From Eggerthellaceae bacterium (GTDB lineage: Bacteria > Actinomycetota > Coriobacteriia > Coriobacteriales > Eggerthellaceae), in contig JAXGTO010000002.1 in the NCBI GenBank assembly GCA_040774885.1, forward strand, positions 39,328-103,327: a DNA stretch of 64,000 nucleotides. Reading direction: 5' to 3'. This document shows positions 62,787-64,000 of the stretch, piece by piece. The notes under the pieces were generated by a model. It did no database searches, was not told the origin of the DNA, and saw nothing but the letters and a program-made list of their open reading frames with translations. Each line of letters opens with the position of its first letter. The first letter of the stretch is position 1. The translations under genes and the position numbers were made by a program.

Positions 62787-64000
62787 CTAGCCGAGCTTTT
62801 GCGCCAAGAGCTGGTTGATGAGCTTGGGATTGCCCTGGCCCTTCGTTTCCTTCATGCATTGCCCCACGAAAAAGCCGATGAGGCCGGTCTTGCCGCCCTT
62901 GTACTGTTCGACCTTGTCGGGGTTGGCGGCCAAGACGGCGTCGATCACCGCTTCGAGCTCTCCGGTGTCGCTCACCTGCTTCATGCCGTGCTCTTCCACG
63001 ATGGCCGCAGGATCCTTGTCTTCGTCCATGATGGCGGCGAACACTTCCCTGCCCTGCTTGGAACTGATGGAATCATCGGCCAACAGGCCGACCAGCGCCA
63101 CCGCGCGCTCGGGTGTGAGCGGCGTGTCGTCCAGGTCGATGCCCTCGTTGGCGTTTAGATAGCCGGCCACGTCGTTGATGACCAGATTGGCCAACGGTTT
63201 GGCCAGATCCGCGGAAGCCGACCGCATGCACTGCTCGAAGAAATTGGCTGTGGCGCGATGCTCCACCAGATGTCGCGTATCGTAGGGCGTCAAGCCATAG
63301 TCGGCTTCGAAGCGGGCCGCTTTGGCATCGGGGAGTTCGGGGAGCTTGGCACGCACTCCTTCGATGAATTCATCGGACAAATCGTAGGGAGCCAGGTCGG
63401 GGTCGGGGAACATGCGGTAGTCGTCGGCGGTTTCTTTGACGCGCATGACGATGGTGCGCTTGGCAGACGGATCCCAATGGCGCGTTTCCTGATAGATGAT
63501 GCCGCCCTCTTCAAGAACTTCGGCTTGGCGGCATATCTCGTAAGCCAGGCCGTCATGCAGGTTCTTGAAGCTGTTGATGTTCTTGAGCTCGGTCTTGGTT
63601 CCCAGTTCTGTGGCGCCGCGGCGGCGCAGGCTGATATTGCCGTCGGCGCGCAGGCTGCCCTCTTCCATGCTGCAGTCGGAAATGCCCAGAGCCAGATAGA
63701 TCTGGCGGAGCTTCTGCATGAACATCCGCGCCTCTTCCGGCGTGCGGATATCGGGCTCGGTCACCAATTCCATCAGCGGCGTGCCGGCGCGGTTGTAATC
63801 GACCAGGCTGTGCGTGGCTCCGGCGATGCGGCCTTCCTCGCCGCCGATATGGATCATCTTGCCGGCATCTTCTTCCATATGGATGCGCGTGATGCCGATA
63901 TGCGCCGTATAGCCGTCCTGCGCATCGGAACCCAGGTCGACCCGTTCGCGGGCGCCGGCGCCGTCCACGTCCAAATCGAGATGGCCGCGCATGCAGAAGG
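62787..64000 (-). CDS. gatB: Asp/Glu-tRNA amidotransferase subunit B, 5' end beyond window
   Basis: ITRIHMEEDAGK, NRAGTPLMELVTEPD and the C-terminal GatB/YqeY domain (GFFVGQCMKETKGQGNPKLINQLL). The frame is open to base 64000. Confidence 0.93.
   Translation of the reverse strand, partial: FCMRGHLDLDVDGAGARERVDLGSDAQDGYTAHIGITRIHMEEDAGKMIHIGGEEGRIAGATHSLVDYNRAGTPLMELVTEPDIRTPEEARMFMQKLRQIYLALGISDCSMEEGSLRADGNISLRRRGATELGTKTELKNINSFKNLHDGLAYEICRQAEVLEEGGIIYQETRHWDPSAKRTIVMRVKETADDYRMFPDPDLAPYDLSDEFIEGVRAKLPELPDAKAARFEADYGLTPYDTRHLVEHRATANFFEQCMRSASADLAKPLANLVINDVAGYLNANEGIDLDDTPLTPERAVALVGLLADDSISSKQGREVFAAIMDEDKDPAAIVEEHGMKQVSDTGELEAVIDAVLAANPDKVEQYKGGKTGLIGFFVGQCMKETKGQGNPKLINQLLAQKLG

Overview
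This is a high-GC (roughly 60% by eye, not computed) chromosomal segment from a Gram-positive actinobacterium. Gene content and lipobox/Tat usage suggest class Coriobacteriia, but that is inference only. Coding density is high and most genes lie on the minus strand.

Gene content, in window order:
- a 5'-truncated J-domain membrane protein
- a purine operon that also carries a class B sortase and an XdhC-like gene (srtB-purF-purM-purN-xdhC-like-purH)
- a polyphosphate cluster (two-domain PPK2, Ppx/GppA-like, PPK1)
- asd and lysC, an MFS transporter, a Zn-phospholipase-C-like protein, a TRIC/UPF0126 channel, and DUF47 + PiT phosphate uptake
- an MBL hydrolase, relA, a recJ gene fused to a RecQ-like helicase, pth, prs, glmU, a PG-binding protein, a polyprenyl synthase and tRNA-Leu(TAA)
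- a second Ppx/GppA, ftsB/divIC-like, then a lipoprotein cytochrome c plus a Tat-exported rubrerythrin
- yebC and a GIY-YIG protein
- a modABC-moaA-nfeD-SPFH-Zn-ribbon-moaC operon
- an orphan Tat-lipoprotein family-5 SBP and a soluble hybrid histidine kinase
- glmM, hisE, rpoC, rpoB
- a repeat-rich, apparently lower-GC accessory patch carrying a DUF559-like gene, then the 3' part of gatB

I saw no rRNA, CRISPR array, transposase, integrase or phage genes.

The most notable observations are:
1. A previously unnamed family of ~190-bp imperfect-palindrome intergenic elements. Four copies are present, all with exactly conserved internal spacing, and two of them bracket the only accessory gene.
2. 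A RecJ-RecQ-like fusion ORF.
3. A Tat/lipobox-exported rubrerythrin paired with a lipoprotein mono-haem cytochrome c, behind a Fur/PerR-like box.
4. An RpoA-alpha-CTD-like helix-hairpin-helix module within a 230-aa C-terminal extension of RpoC.

All functional calls come from motif recognition by eye. No database search was run.
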